Assembly: GCA_030694005.1 (NCBI GenBank)
Contig: JAUXZG010000084.1
Span: 1-61,759 of the forward strand
Direction: 5' to 3'
Length of the DNA stretch: 61,759 nt
DNA from: Desulfobaccales bacterium
GTDB taxonomy: Bacteria; Desulfobacterota; Desulfobaccia; Desulfobaccales; 0-14-0-80-60-11
Shown here: piece after piece, positions 1 through 7,349 of the stretch
Numbering within the stretch: the first letter of the stretch is position 1
How the letters are laid out: every line of letters begins with the position of its first letter
Translations under genes and position numbers: made by a program
Notes under the pieces: generated by a model
Seen by the model: the letters and a program-made list of their open reading frames with translations, nothing else
Told to the model about the DNA's origin: nothing
Database searches by the model: none

Positions 1-24
1 GTAGCTGGTCGAGACTGGTTATCT

Positions 25-915
25 TCATGAGGCTGCCATTTGTGCGTAAGAATCAATGATTTTGGACACCTGACCGGGGGTCAGGCGGCCAAAGGTGTCC
101 TCCCCCACCCGCATGGCCGGAGCCAGAGCGCAACAGCCGATGCACCGCACCACTTCCAGGGTGAAGAGCATATCCTCGGTGGTCTGGCCGTGTTGGATCC
201 CCAATTTCCTTTCCAGTTGGTCCAGCAGGCGGGGTGAGCCTTTGACAAAGCAACCCGTGCCCAGGCAAACATTGATGATATGTTTTCCCCGGGGGGTCAG
301 GCTGAAGGCATTATAGAAACTGGCCACCCGTAAGATTTCCGTCAACGGCACCTTGAGCTCATCCGCCACATGTTCCAGGGAAGCCCGGGGCAGCCAGTTA
401 AAATGCCGGTTGATATCCAGCAAAATGGGCAGCAGGTTGCCGCGCTCGTCCCGGTGGCGGCCGATAATGTCCGCCACCGCGGCTTCCTCGGTGGCCGCCG
501 TATAGGCCGTGCGGGCGCGCGCCTCCTCCTCCGGCAGCTGCACCTCATAACGGATGGGACAGGCGTCCAGGCAGACCCCGCAGCCGGTGCACTTTTCCGG
601 ATTCACATAACGGGGATGCTTCTTAAGGGTAACTTCGAGATTGCCGGGCTCACCCGTAACCTCTTTCAGGTCTGTCAGGGTATGGATTTCGATGTTTGTG
701 TGCCGGCCGACCTCGACCAGTTTGGGGGAGATAATTCACATAGCGCAGTCGTTAGTGGGAAAGGTCTTGTCAATCTGTGCCATGGTGCCGCCGATGGCCG
801 AGCTCTTTTCCACCAGGTGGACATAGTAGCCCGAATTGGCCAGATCCAGCGCGGCCTGCATCCCGGCGATGCCGCCTCCGGCGACCAGTACCGACCCAAG
901 CACTTTTTCGGTCAT
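25..915 (-). CDS. HdrA N-terminal FAD module (selenocysteine-containing) fused to a NuoE-like thioredoxin-fold [2Fe-2S] domain
   Basis: ATG at 915 is preceded by AGGGGG. Fifty-nine codons ([29 protein letters not shown]...[10 protein letters not shown]) run into TGA at 736-738. The same frame then continues [18 protein letters not shown]...[16 protein letters not shown] into track ORF 25-606, which is NuoE-like (CLGTGC...CIGCCALAP). The paralog at 52531-55593 reads TNDCSMCILSPKL, with Cys aligned to the TGA. Confidence 0.75.
703..720 (-). promoter_or_regulatory. Candidate bacterial SECIS hairpin for the TGA at 736-738
   Basis: The minus-strand RNA CUGGUCG-AGGU-CGGCCGG forms a 7-bp stem (2 G-U pairs) with a GGU-containing loop. 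It starts 15 nt after the UGA. Folded by eye only. Confidence 0.45.
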
Positions 916-1334
916 AACAAACCCCCTGGCTGGCTAATTTTCTGTCATTGTAAGGAAGGAGAGTGAGGTTGATATCCGGTTCTATTTTTAAATGACTAAT
1001 TCTCTTGTACTTTTTAACTAAAGTTCATTTATCTTCTAGTTTATCTGCCCAATTTTTGTCAAGAAGAAATTTTGTCATAATTCCTCATAGAAATTATCTG
1101 CCTGATAGTTCAGCTAAAATGGTATCTCCTTTGGTCTCCGGTTTTGCTTCCAGCGCCCTCCTGATTTAACGTCAACCTGATAACTCCCCGGCGAATATTT
1201 TCACCCGAAACAAAAGACGGCCGCCGGCCTCAGCAAAAATTGCCTGGGGGACAAGACCAGGATTGGCCGGAATTAAATGAGCTTTAAGGGCGGGATTGAG
1301 GCAAAAAGGGGGTAAAGGTTTTCTCCCCCCGTCA

Positions 1335-1365
1335 GCCGGGCGGCGGGGTGGTCCCGCCGCCCGGC
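1335..1365 (-). terminator. Strong GC hairpin 10 nt downstream of the HdrA/MvhD gene stop
   Basis: GCCGGGCGGCGGG-gtggt-CCCGCCGCCCGGC is a perfect 13-bp stem. No clean U-tract follows, so it could be a terminator, an attenuator or an RNA-stability element. Confidence 0.4.
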
Positions 1366-1374
1366 GACAAAGGT

Positions 1375-3828
1375 TCACTGCAGGCTATAGTAAGGGGTCC
1401 GGTTGATAAAGATGCGGGAGACCACCCCTTCGCCATTCAGCTCTCTGAGACAGTTGTACGCCTGTTCCTTTTCCACCTCTAGAGCCTGGGCGATGTCGTG
1501 GAGTTGCAACGGCCTGGCTCTCCGCTGCAGCAGGTTGGTGATCCGGGTCCTAAAAAACTCCTCGCTGATGATGTCCGTCAAGGCCTGGTCATAGGCCAGG
1601 GGGTTGGGCATCTGCGAAGGGTAAGTGGTCTCTCCGGGGCAGCGCAGGCTGACCCCCAACACCCAGCGCACCCGGGCGTTATGCAAGGTGTCGTAAGTAG
1701 CCCTGAGCCTATTTAGAGTCGCTTCATCCCTGACGATGGGTCCCAGGCGGTCCATGGTGGCAAGAAAACTCTCCACGGTCCGGACATATTGTTGGGGCTT
1801 GTTCAGATCGCAGTGCGCCAGGGTGATGCGTTCCCTTTCCAAGCCGCATAGAGACAGCAGTTTTTTCAGCAACAAGACCCGGCTCCAGGTATGGTCCAGA
1901 CCGTAACTGTGGTGGCATTCCTCGGGCCGGCAGCCTATGAGTAAAAGACCGTTGGCCCCTTCTAAAAAGGCCCGTCCCATGACCAGGGGGTCAAGCTGGC
2001 CGAGGCATTGCAGCGGCAAGAGGTAAAGCCTGGGGCTGACGGTCAGGCCGCGCAGACCGGCATGGTCCGCGGCCGGGATGCCACTCCACTGGCACCCGAA
2101 ACCGATGACTTCATCGTCGTTGAGCTGCTGCGCCAGGGAAGCTACGGTGGCTTCATGGCGGGCGGTATTGTAAATCTGGGAACTTATGGCCAGATGGGGG
2201 CAGGCCGCGGCGCAGGTGGCGTCCCCCGTGCACACCAGGGGGTCCACTATTCGGGGAGTGCTGCCACCCAAGCCTTCCCACGGTTCGATCGCCCCACAGT
2301 CGCAGATTTCCCGGCAAAGGGTGCAAGAAGTGCACAGGTTCGCGTCCACCTGACAGACATTGAGGACCGCCAGGAGCTTCCCGGCCCTGGCCTTTCCCAA
2401 CAACGCCGCCTTTTTCTTGGCCGTCTGGCGTCCCTGGCGCAGGGCTTCCAGCAAGTCGCAAGGCTGGCGGGCCGAACCCGCGATGGGCAACTTCTCGTCC
2501 AGGGCCACCTCGTGGGGCATGACCATCTGGGGATACCTTTCCAAAAACACGCCTTCGATAACTTTCTTACCCAGAGTGTTGGCCGTCTTGGACGCAGCCG
2601 GACCGATGCGCCAACGGGGCGACAGGACCAGTTGGTCCCAGGGCAGCTCATGCTCCACCTGATCATCAAGACGGGTGAAAGTGAGGTAACCCGACTGGAC
2701 CGAGGGCCGGGTGTTGCCGTCGTAAACAACGAGAGAGATGCCCAGTTCCCGGCCCCGGCGACGCTCTGAAGTACTCAGGGGGAACGAAATCAGGTGGTTA
2801 TACAAAATAGCCATCCGGGCCTGGGGTGAATGCTCCCGGATATAGCTGGCGGTGCGCCAGGCGGCCCGGGCGGAAAGCTGGCCGTAAGGCTGATCCATCT
2901 CCACATCGTTAATCCAGAAAACCAGCCGGTGCTCCGGCGGGCCGTGGAGCCAGATGGACTCCTCCATCTCCCGTTGAGAAAGAACCCGCACCCCATCGTG
3001 GCCGAACTCAGACTCCTGGTCAAGGATCTCGGCGTCCAGGGCGGCGATGATGGTTCCGACCCGGTATTCCTGCGGAGGCTGGTCGGCAAACGAGATGGTG
3101 ACGTGGTATTCTCCCACCCTCCCCAGAACTTTTTCCACCGTGCCGCCGATGATCGTTTGCACCAGGGGGCTGTCGTACACCTCGCCCATAAGCTGCCGGA
3201 GACGGTCGTGGTAATGGCGTTCTCCGGGATAACGCTCATGCAGCCGGCGGAGCTCCTCCTCCATGTCCTTAAAGGGCACCGCGATGATGGTTTTGATCCC
3301 TTGGCGCAAAAGCTCCTGGGCGGCCCCGTAAGTGGCGATGCCCCCGCCCAGAATCATGATGGGTTCGTGAAAATCTATTTTAGTCTCAGAGGGAGTCCCT
3401 ATGGTCCGCAAGCCGGCCAGGGACGCCTTGATCAGCTTGGCCCCTTTCCGGGCCAGGTCGGCCGGCTCCCCAGGGTTTACCTGGGCTACATGGTCCCTCA
3501 GATTGACCATGTCGATCAAGCCTTGTTTGAATCCCAAGCCCTCCAGCTCCTGTTCGAATTTTTTCAGCAGGATGCGGCGTTCACACCCGGCCACCACCAG
3601 GCGATTAAGCTTTTTGCGGGCAATGGCCGCTTTAACTTTCTCCAGGCCGGGTCTTAAGCAGGGGAAAGGCAAGATGCCGATATGGGTAACCACCCCGGGG
3701 TCACGGAGCAGTTTGGCCATGGCCGTTAGGTCAACTTTGGGGGCGATCTTGGGGCCGCACTCGCAGAGAAAGACCCCGCAGCGGACCCCATCAGCCGGTT
3801 TTGGGGGTGATTTTACCGTGTGCATCAT
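1375..3828 (-). CDS. HdrA-like (C-terminal half) / MvhD-like fusion oxidoreductase with a winged-helix-like tail
   Basis: Track ORF 1375-3879. I moved the start to ATG 3828 (GAGGGAGGG Shine-Dalgarno, just after the upstream stop). CGVFLCECGPKIAP matches IGVFVCHCGINIAG of the large HdrA paralog. Also present: a GGGIATYG Rossmann-like motif, two Cys-rich ferredoxin motifs (CTSCTLCREICDC, CTGDATCAAACP), and an MvhD block (VIGFGCQWSG...LLIGCRPEECHHSYG). Confidence 0.8.
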   Translation of the reverse strand: MMHTVKSPPKPADGVRCGVFLCECGPKIAPKVDLTAMAKLLRDPGVVTHIGILPFPCLRPGLEKVKAAIARKKLNRLVVAGCERRILLKKFEQELEGLGFKQGLIDMVNLRDHVAQVNPGEPADLARKGAKLIKASLAGLRTIGTPSETKIDFHEPIMILGGGIATYGAAQELLRQGIKTIIAVPFKDMEEELRRLHERYPGERHYHDRLRQLMGEVYDSPLVQTIIGGTVEKVLGRVGEYHVTISFADQPPQEYRVGTIIAALDAEILDQESEFGHDGVRVLSQREMEESIWLHGPPEHRLVFWINDVEMDQPYGQLSARAAWRTASYIREHSPQARMAILYNHLISFPLSTSERRRGRELGISLVVYDGNTRPSVQSGYLTFTRLDDQVEHELPWDQLVLSPRWRIGPAASKTANTLGKKVIEGVFLERYPQMVMPHEVALDEKLPIAGSARQPCDLLEALRQGRQTAKKKAALLGKARAGKLLAVLNVCQVDANLCTSCTLCREICDCGAIEPWEGLGGSTPRIVDPLVCTGDATCAAACPHLAISSQIYNTARHEATVASLAQQLNDDEVIGFGCQWSGIPAADHAGLRGLTVSPRLYLLPLQCLGQLDPLVMGRAFLEGANGLLLIGCRPEECHHSYGLDHTWSRVLLLKKLLSLCGLERERITLAHCDLNKPQQYVRTVESFLATMDRLGPIVRDEATLNRLRATYDTLHNARVRWVLGVSLRCPGETTYPSQMPNPLAYDQALTDIISEEFFRTRITNLLQRRARPLQLHDIAQALEVEKEQAYNCLRELNGEGVVSRIFINRTPYYSLQ

Positions 3829-3838
3829 TAACCCTCCC

Positions 3839-4477
3839 TCAGTGGGCAAAGCCATGGCCGGTACGCCTGGAGACATCACCCCGCACCAGGTCTAGCCGGG
3901 TGCTCATGGCTCCGGTGGGGCAGACCGTGACACAGCAACCACAGGCGACACAGGCATTGTTAGGGACCCGGTAAGGGGTGTCCAGCTGTTTATTTACCCC
4001 CCGGGAGCCGAAGGTCAGGGCCTGCACCCCCACCACCTCGTTACAGACCGCCACGCAGCGGCCGCAGCGGAGACATTCCTCCTCGGGATCGGTTATGGTA
4101 AAGCGCGTGGCGGTCACCCCATACTCCCGGGCGAGATCCCGGATTTCCTTGGAGGCCGGACAATCAGCCAGGAGCATCTCCAGCACCCACCGCCGCACGT
4201 TTAAAACCCGCTCCGAGTGGGTAAACACCTCGAGTTTTGCTAGGGGCGGGTTGAGACAAGAGGGCATAACCTTGCCCCGTTTGCCATAGCGGACCTCCAC
4301 CACGCACAGGCGGCAGCCCCCCCAGGGCTTGACCGCGGGGTGAAAGCACAGGGTGGGTATGTGGATGTGGTATTGCTCGGCCGTCTCCAGGATGGTCCAG
4401 CCCGGGCGGGCCTGCACCGGCTGGCCGTCGATGGTGAAGTTGATTAAATCATCAGTTTTCTTTTTTTTCGGGCTCAT
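3839..4477 (-). CDS. 2Fe-2S / 4Fe-4S ferredoxin-like protein (NuoG/HndD N-terminal type)
   Basis: Track ORF 3839-4531. The start is set at ATG 4477 (MSPKKKK), which has an AGGAGGTGAA Shine-Dalgarno. Motifs: LCFHP...GGCRLCVVEV...MPSC, then CLRCGRCVAVC and CVACGCCVTVCP. Confidence 0.8.
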   Translation of the reverse strand: MSPKKKKTDDLINFTIDGQPVQARPGWTILETAEQYHIHIPTLCFHPAVKPWGGCRLCVVEVRYGKRGKVMPSCLNPPLAKLEVFTHSERVLNVRRWVLEMLLADCPASKEIRDLAREYGVTATRFTITDPEEECLRCGRCVAVCNEVVGVQALTFGSRGVNKQLDTPYRVPNNACVACGCCVTVCPTGAMSTRLDLVRGDVSRRTGHGFAH

Positions 4478-4488
4478 AAATTCACCTC

Positions 4489-6423
4489 CTACTCCACGAT
4501 AACGGCGCCCACCGGGCACACATCCATGCACGCGCCGCAGCGGATGCAGGCGGCATTATTGATGGTATGGGGCTTCTTTTTCCTGCCGCTGATGCAGTCC
4601 TGAGGACAGTTGCGCACGCACAGGGTGCAGCCGTTACAGGTCTTGGGGTCAACCCGGTAAATAATCAGGTCTTTGCATACCCCGGCGGGGCACTTATGGT
4701 CTTTGATGTGGGCCAGATATTCGTCCCTAAAGTATCTGATACTGGTCAGAACCGGATTGGGGGCGGTCCCCCCGAGACCGCACAAAGACCCGTCCCCGAC
4801 GGCCTGGGCCAGGCTTTTGAGCTCATCGATGTCCTCGACAGAGCCCTGGCCTCTGGAGAACTTGTCCAGGAACTCTTGCATGCCTTTGAGGCCCAGGCGG
4901 CAAGGCAGGCATTTGCCGCAGGACTCCTCCTGGAGAAAGCGCAGGAAGTAGCGGGCCACATCCACTACACAATCCCGGTTGTCCATGACGATCATGCCCC
5001 CCCCGCCCATGATGGACCCGGTCTGAGCCATGGAATCGAAGTCCACCGGGAGTTTCTTGAGCTCAGAGATAGGAACCGGGGCGCTAAGGCCGACGCGGGC
5101 TGGTTTCATATCTGCCGGGGGGAGATCCTTGAATTCGTAGGGGATGATGCCGCCCGAGGGGCCCCCGGTCTGGACCGCCTTGAACCTCTCCTGGCCGGGC
5201 ACGCCGCCACCGATCTCTTCGACGATGCGGCCCAGGGTGACGCCCATGGGCACCTCCACCAACCCGCTGTTTTTCACCTTGCCCACCAGGGAGAAGATCT
5301 TGGTGCCGGTGCTGTAAGGCACCCCCAGGTCGGTGTACCACTTGGCGCCCTTGTCAATGATGTGGGGCACATTGGCCCAGGTCTCCACATTATTAATAAT
5401 CGTGGGGCGGTTCCACAGACCTTGCTGTGCCGGGTAGGGAGGCCGGGTGATGGGCTCGCCCACACGGCCCTCCAGAGAAGCTATAATGGCGGTCTCTTCC
5501 CCACAGACATAGGCTCCTGCCCCGCGGTTGATCTGAAGGTCGAAATCAAAGCCCGTGCCCAGGATGTTTTGCCCCAACAGTCCCAGGGAGCGGGCCTGCT
5601 CGATGGCGATGGACAGGTGCCGGATGGCGATGGGATATTCGTGCCGGACATAGAGGAAACCCTTGTTTGCCCCCAGGGCGTAGGCCCCGATGATCATGCC
5701 TTCCAAAACTGCGTGGGGGTCGCCTTCCATGATGGCCCGGTCCATGAAGGCCCCTGGGTCCCCTTCCTCGCCATTGCCAATGATATAGACGGGCCCCGGA
5801 TTCTCCCGGGCAATATCGGCGGCGCGCCGCCACTTGCGGCCGGTGGGGAACCCGCCGCCACCCCGGCCGCGCAGGCCGGATAACGACACCGTGTTGATGA
5901 TGTCCTCCGGAGACATTTGCGTCAGGGCCTTGGCAAATGACTGGTAGGCTCCGGCCATCAGGGCGTCGTCGATCTTTAACGGATCGATAATCCCCACATT
6001 TTTGAGGATGATCTTCTGCTGCATCTTATAAAAAGGAATCTCGGCGGCGGATTTGTACCTGGCGCCATTGTCGCTGTATAGCAGCCGCTCCACCACCTGC
6101 CCTTTGACCAGACTGGCTTCCACAATTTCTTCAACATCCTCCGGTTTCACCCGGACATAAAACAGATCAGCAGGGGATAAGCTGACTAGGGTCCCCTGAC
6201 TGCAGAAGCCGTGGCAGCCCGTCTCTTTGATCAGGGGCTGGACCTTGGCCCTTAGCTTTTTGGCCTTGATGGTTGATTTAAAAGCCTGGGAAACCATAGC
6301 CGCGCCCTGGGCCAGGCAACCCGGCCCCAGGCACACCCTTACTACCGGCCGCTTAGGGTCTTGGGCCTTGAGCAGCTTTTTTTGCAGGCCGGCGAGTTGT
6401 GCGGCACTTTTGATCCTTTCCAT
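4489..6423 (-). CDS. NuoF/HndC-like NAD(P)H-binding FMN Fe-S flavoprotein with N-terminal thioredoxin-like and C-terminal 2x[4Fe-4S] domains
   Basis: 644-aa ORF. It has GLRGRGGGGFPTGRKW (FMN/NADH site), ESCGKCLPCRLG, and a C-terminal CNGCTLCVRNCP...CIRCGACMDVCP. Confidence 0.9.
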   Translation of the reverse strand: MERIKSAAQLAGLQKKLLKAQDPKRPVVRVCLGPGCLAQGAAMVSQAFKSTIKAKKLRAKVQPLIKETGCHGFCSQGTLVSLSPADLFYVRVKPEDVEEIVEASLVKGQVVERLLYSDNGARYKSAAEIPFYKMQQKIILKNVGIIDPLKIDDALMAGAYQSFAKALTQMSPEDIINTVSLSGLRGRGGGGFPTGRKWRRAADIARENPGPVYIIGNGEEGDPGAFMDRAIMEGDPHAVLEGMIIGAYALGANKGFLYVRHEYPIAIRHLSIAIEQARSLGLLGQNILGTGFDFDLQINRGAGAYVCGEETAIIASLEGRVGEPITRPPYPAQQGLWNRPTIINNVETWANVPHIIDKGAKWYTDLGVPYSTGTKIFSLVGKVKNSGLVEVPMGVTLGRIVEEIGGGVPGQERFKAVQTGGPSGGIIPYEFKDLPPADMKPARVGLSAPVPISELKKLPVDFDSMAQTGSIMGGGGMIVMDNRDCVVDVARYFLRFLQEESCGKCLPCRLGLKGMQEFLDKFSRGQGSVEDIDELKSLAQAVGDGSLCGLGGTAPNPVLTSIRYFRDEYLAHIKDHKCPAGVCKDLIIYRVDPKTCNGCTLCVRNCPQDCISGRKKKPHTINNAACIRCGACMDVCPVGAVIVE

Positions 6424-6450
6424 CTTTTCCTCCTGTGGCCAGGCAGACGA

Positions 6451-6906
6451 TTAGAGTTTTTCCAGGCGCTTCTGCAGCGAAGGGATGGAAGCCGCGCCCA
6501 GGTAATCTTCATCAATCATCACCACCGGGGCCAGGGCACAGGCGCCCACGCATTTGACGGTATCCAGAGTGAAACGCAGGTCTTCGGTGGTGTGGCCCCG
6601 GGCCACGGCCAGGTCCCGTTCACACGCCTCGACGAGACGGCCCCCCCCTTTAAGATGACAGGTGGTGCCCAAGCAGACTTTGATTTCATGTTCCCCTCGG
6701 GGCTCAAGACTGAAGGATTTATAGAAAGTGGCCACGGCCCAAGCCTGGGTTAAGGGGACTCCCACATGGTCACAGATCAACGCCAGGTGCTCCGGGGAAA
6801 TGTATTTATACTCGGCCTGCACATCCTGAAGCAGGCTGATGAGATGTTGGGGCTGCTTCGGATACCTTTCCAGGATGTCGTCGATCTCCAGGGTGGTTGC
6901 TTTCAT
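6451..6906 (-). CDS. NuoE/HndA-like thioredoxin-fold [2Fe-2S] subunit
   Basis: 151-aa ORF with CLGTTCHLKG...CVGACALAPV and the FYKSFSLEPRG motif typical of the 24-kDa subunit family. Confidence 0.9.
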   Translation of the reverse strand: MKATTLEIDDILERYPKQPQHLISLLQDVQAEYKYISPEHLALICDHVGVPLTQAWAVATFYKSFSLEPRGEHEIKVCLGTTCHLKGGGRLVEACERDLAVARGHTTEDLRFTLDTVKCVGACALAPVVMIDEDYLGAASIPSLQKRLEKL

Positions 6907-6964
6907 GCCTTGGCCCTCTCCTTTAAATGATGGGAATAATTTCGGTTTTCAGCAAATAATCCAG

Positions 6965-6979
6965 GCAATAAGCTTACCA
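6965..6979 (-). promoter_or_regulatory. Sigma-54 type -24/-12 promoter for the nuoE-like operon
   Basis: The minus strand reads TGGTAAGCTTATTGC, against the consensus TGGCACG-N4-TTGC. GG-to-GC spacing is correct. It lies about 59 nt upstream of ATG 6906, and a sigma-54 enhancer-binding protein gene sits immediately upstream. Confidence 0.6.
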
Positions 6980-7043
6980 AGTGGTTAACCTGCTGTTTTT
7001 CATGGAAATAAAGATCTCTCAGGAAGAGGCCACTTCGAGGATT

Positions 7044-7074
7044 TGTTTCACAGATGAAACGAACTGAAACAATG
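7044..7074. promoter_or_regulatory. Candidate enhancer (UAS) with TGTTTCA/TGAAACA half-sites
   Basis: TGTTTCA-caga-TGAAACg-aac-TGAAACAATG lies 65-95 nt upstream of the -24/-12 element. The 10-mer TGAAACAATG recurs in inverted orientation at 9213-9222, upstream of the regulator gene. Confidence 0.45.
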
Positions 7075-7150
7075 AGGGCTTTAACTCGCTGATATTATAT
7101 GATTAATTAACTAGAAAAAAAGTTTCTCCTTTTCGGGACATCTTTGGCAC

Positions 7151-7290
7151 ATTAATAGGCTGTTGAAAAACTATCCATTTCTTCAAATTGTCATTCTGAG
7201 CGAAGCGAAGAATCTAGTGAGATTAATAAGTTCTAGATCCTTCATCCGTTCAGGATGACACCCAAACCCGCTTTTCAACAGCCTGTTAAT
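7151..7290. repeat. 140-bp nested inverted-repeat (MITE-like) element
   Basis: Outer inverted repeat: ATTAATAGGCTGTTGAAAAA (7151-7170) against the reverse complement of CTTTTCAACAGCCTGTTAAT (7271-7290), 18/20 matching. Inner imperfect repeat: TGTCATTCTGAGCGAAGCGAAGAATCTAG (7189-7217) against CTAGATCCTTCATCCGTTCAGGATGACA (7233-7260). Confidence 0.6.
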
Positions 7291-7349
7291 CCGGCTTGGT
7301 AGGGGGAGGAAATCTGCTTAAGGAAGAGCTCAGAGGGAAATTTGGCTGG

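Noticed and set aside
1033-1062. Sigma-70 promoter for the HdrA-N::NuoE gene (minus strand TTGACA-N18-TAGAAG).
   Set aside because: The -35 is perfect, but the -10 is poor and the spacer is long. I cannot place the start of this transcription unit with confidence.
7145-7161. TGGCAC on the plus strand (TTGGCACATTAATAGGC) as a second sigma-54 promoter.
   Set aside because: The -12 position reads TAGG, not TTGC. There is no plus-strand gene downstream for 2 kb, and it abuts the MITE-like element.
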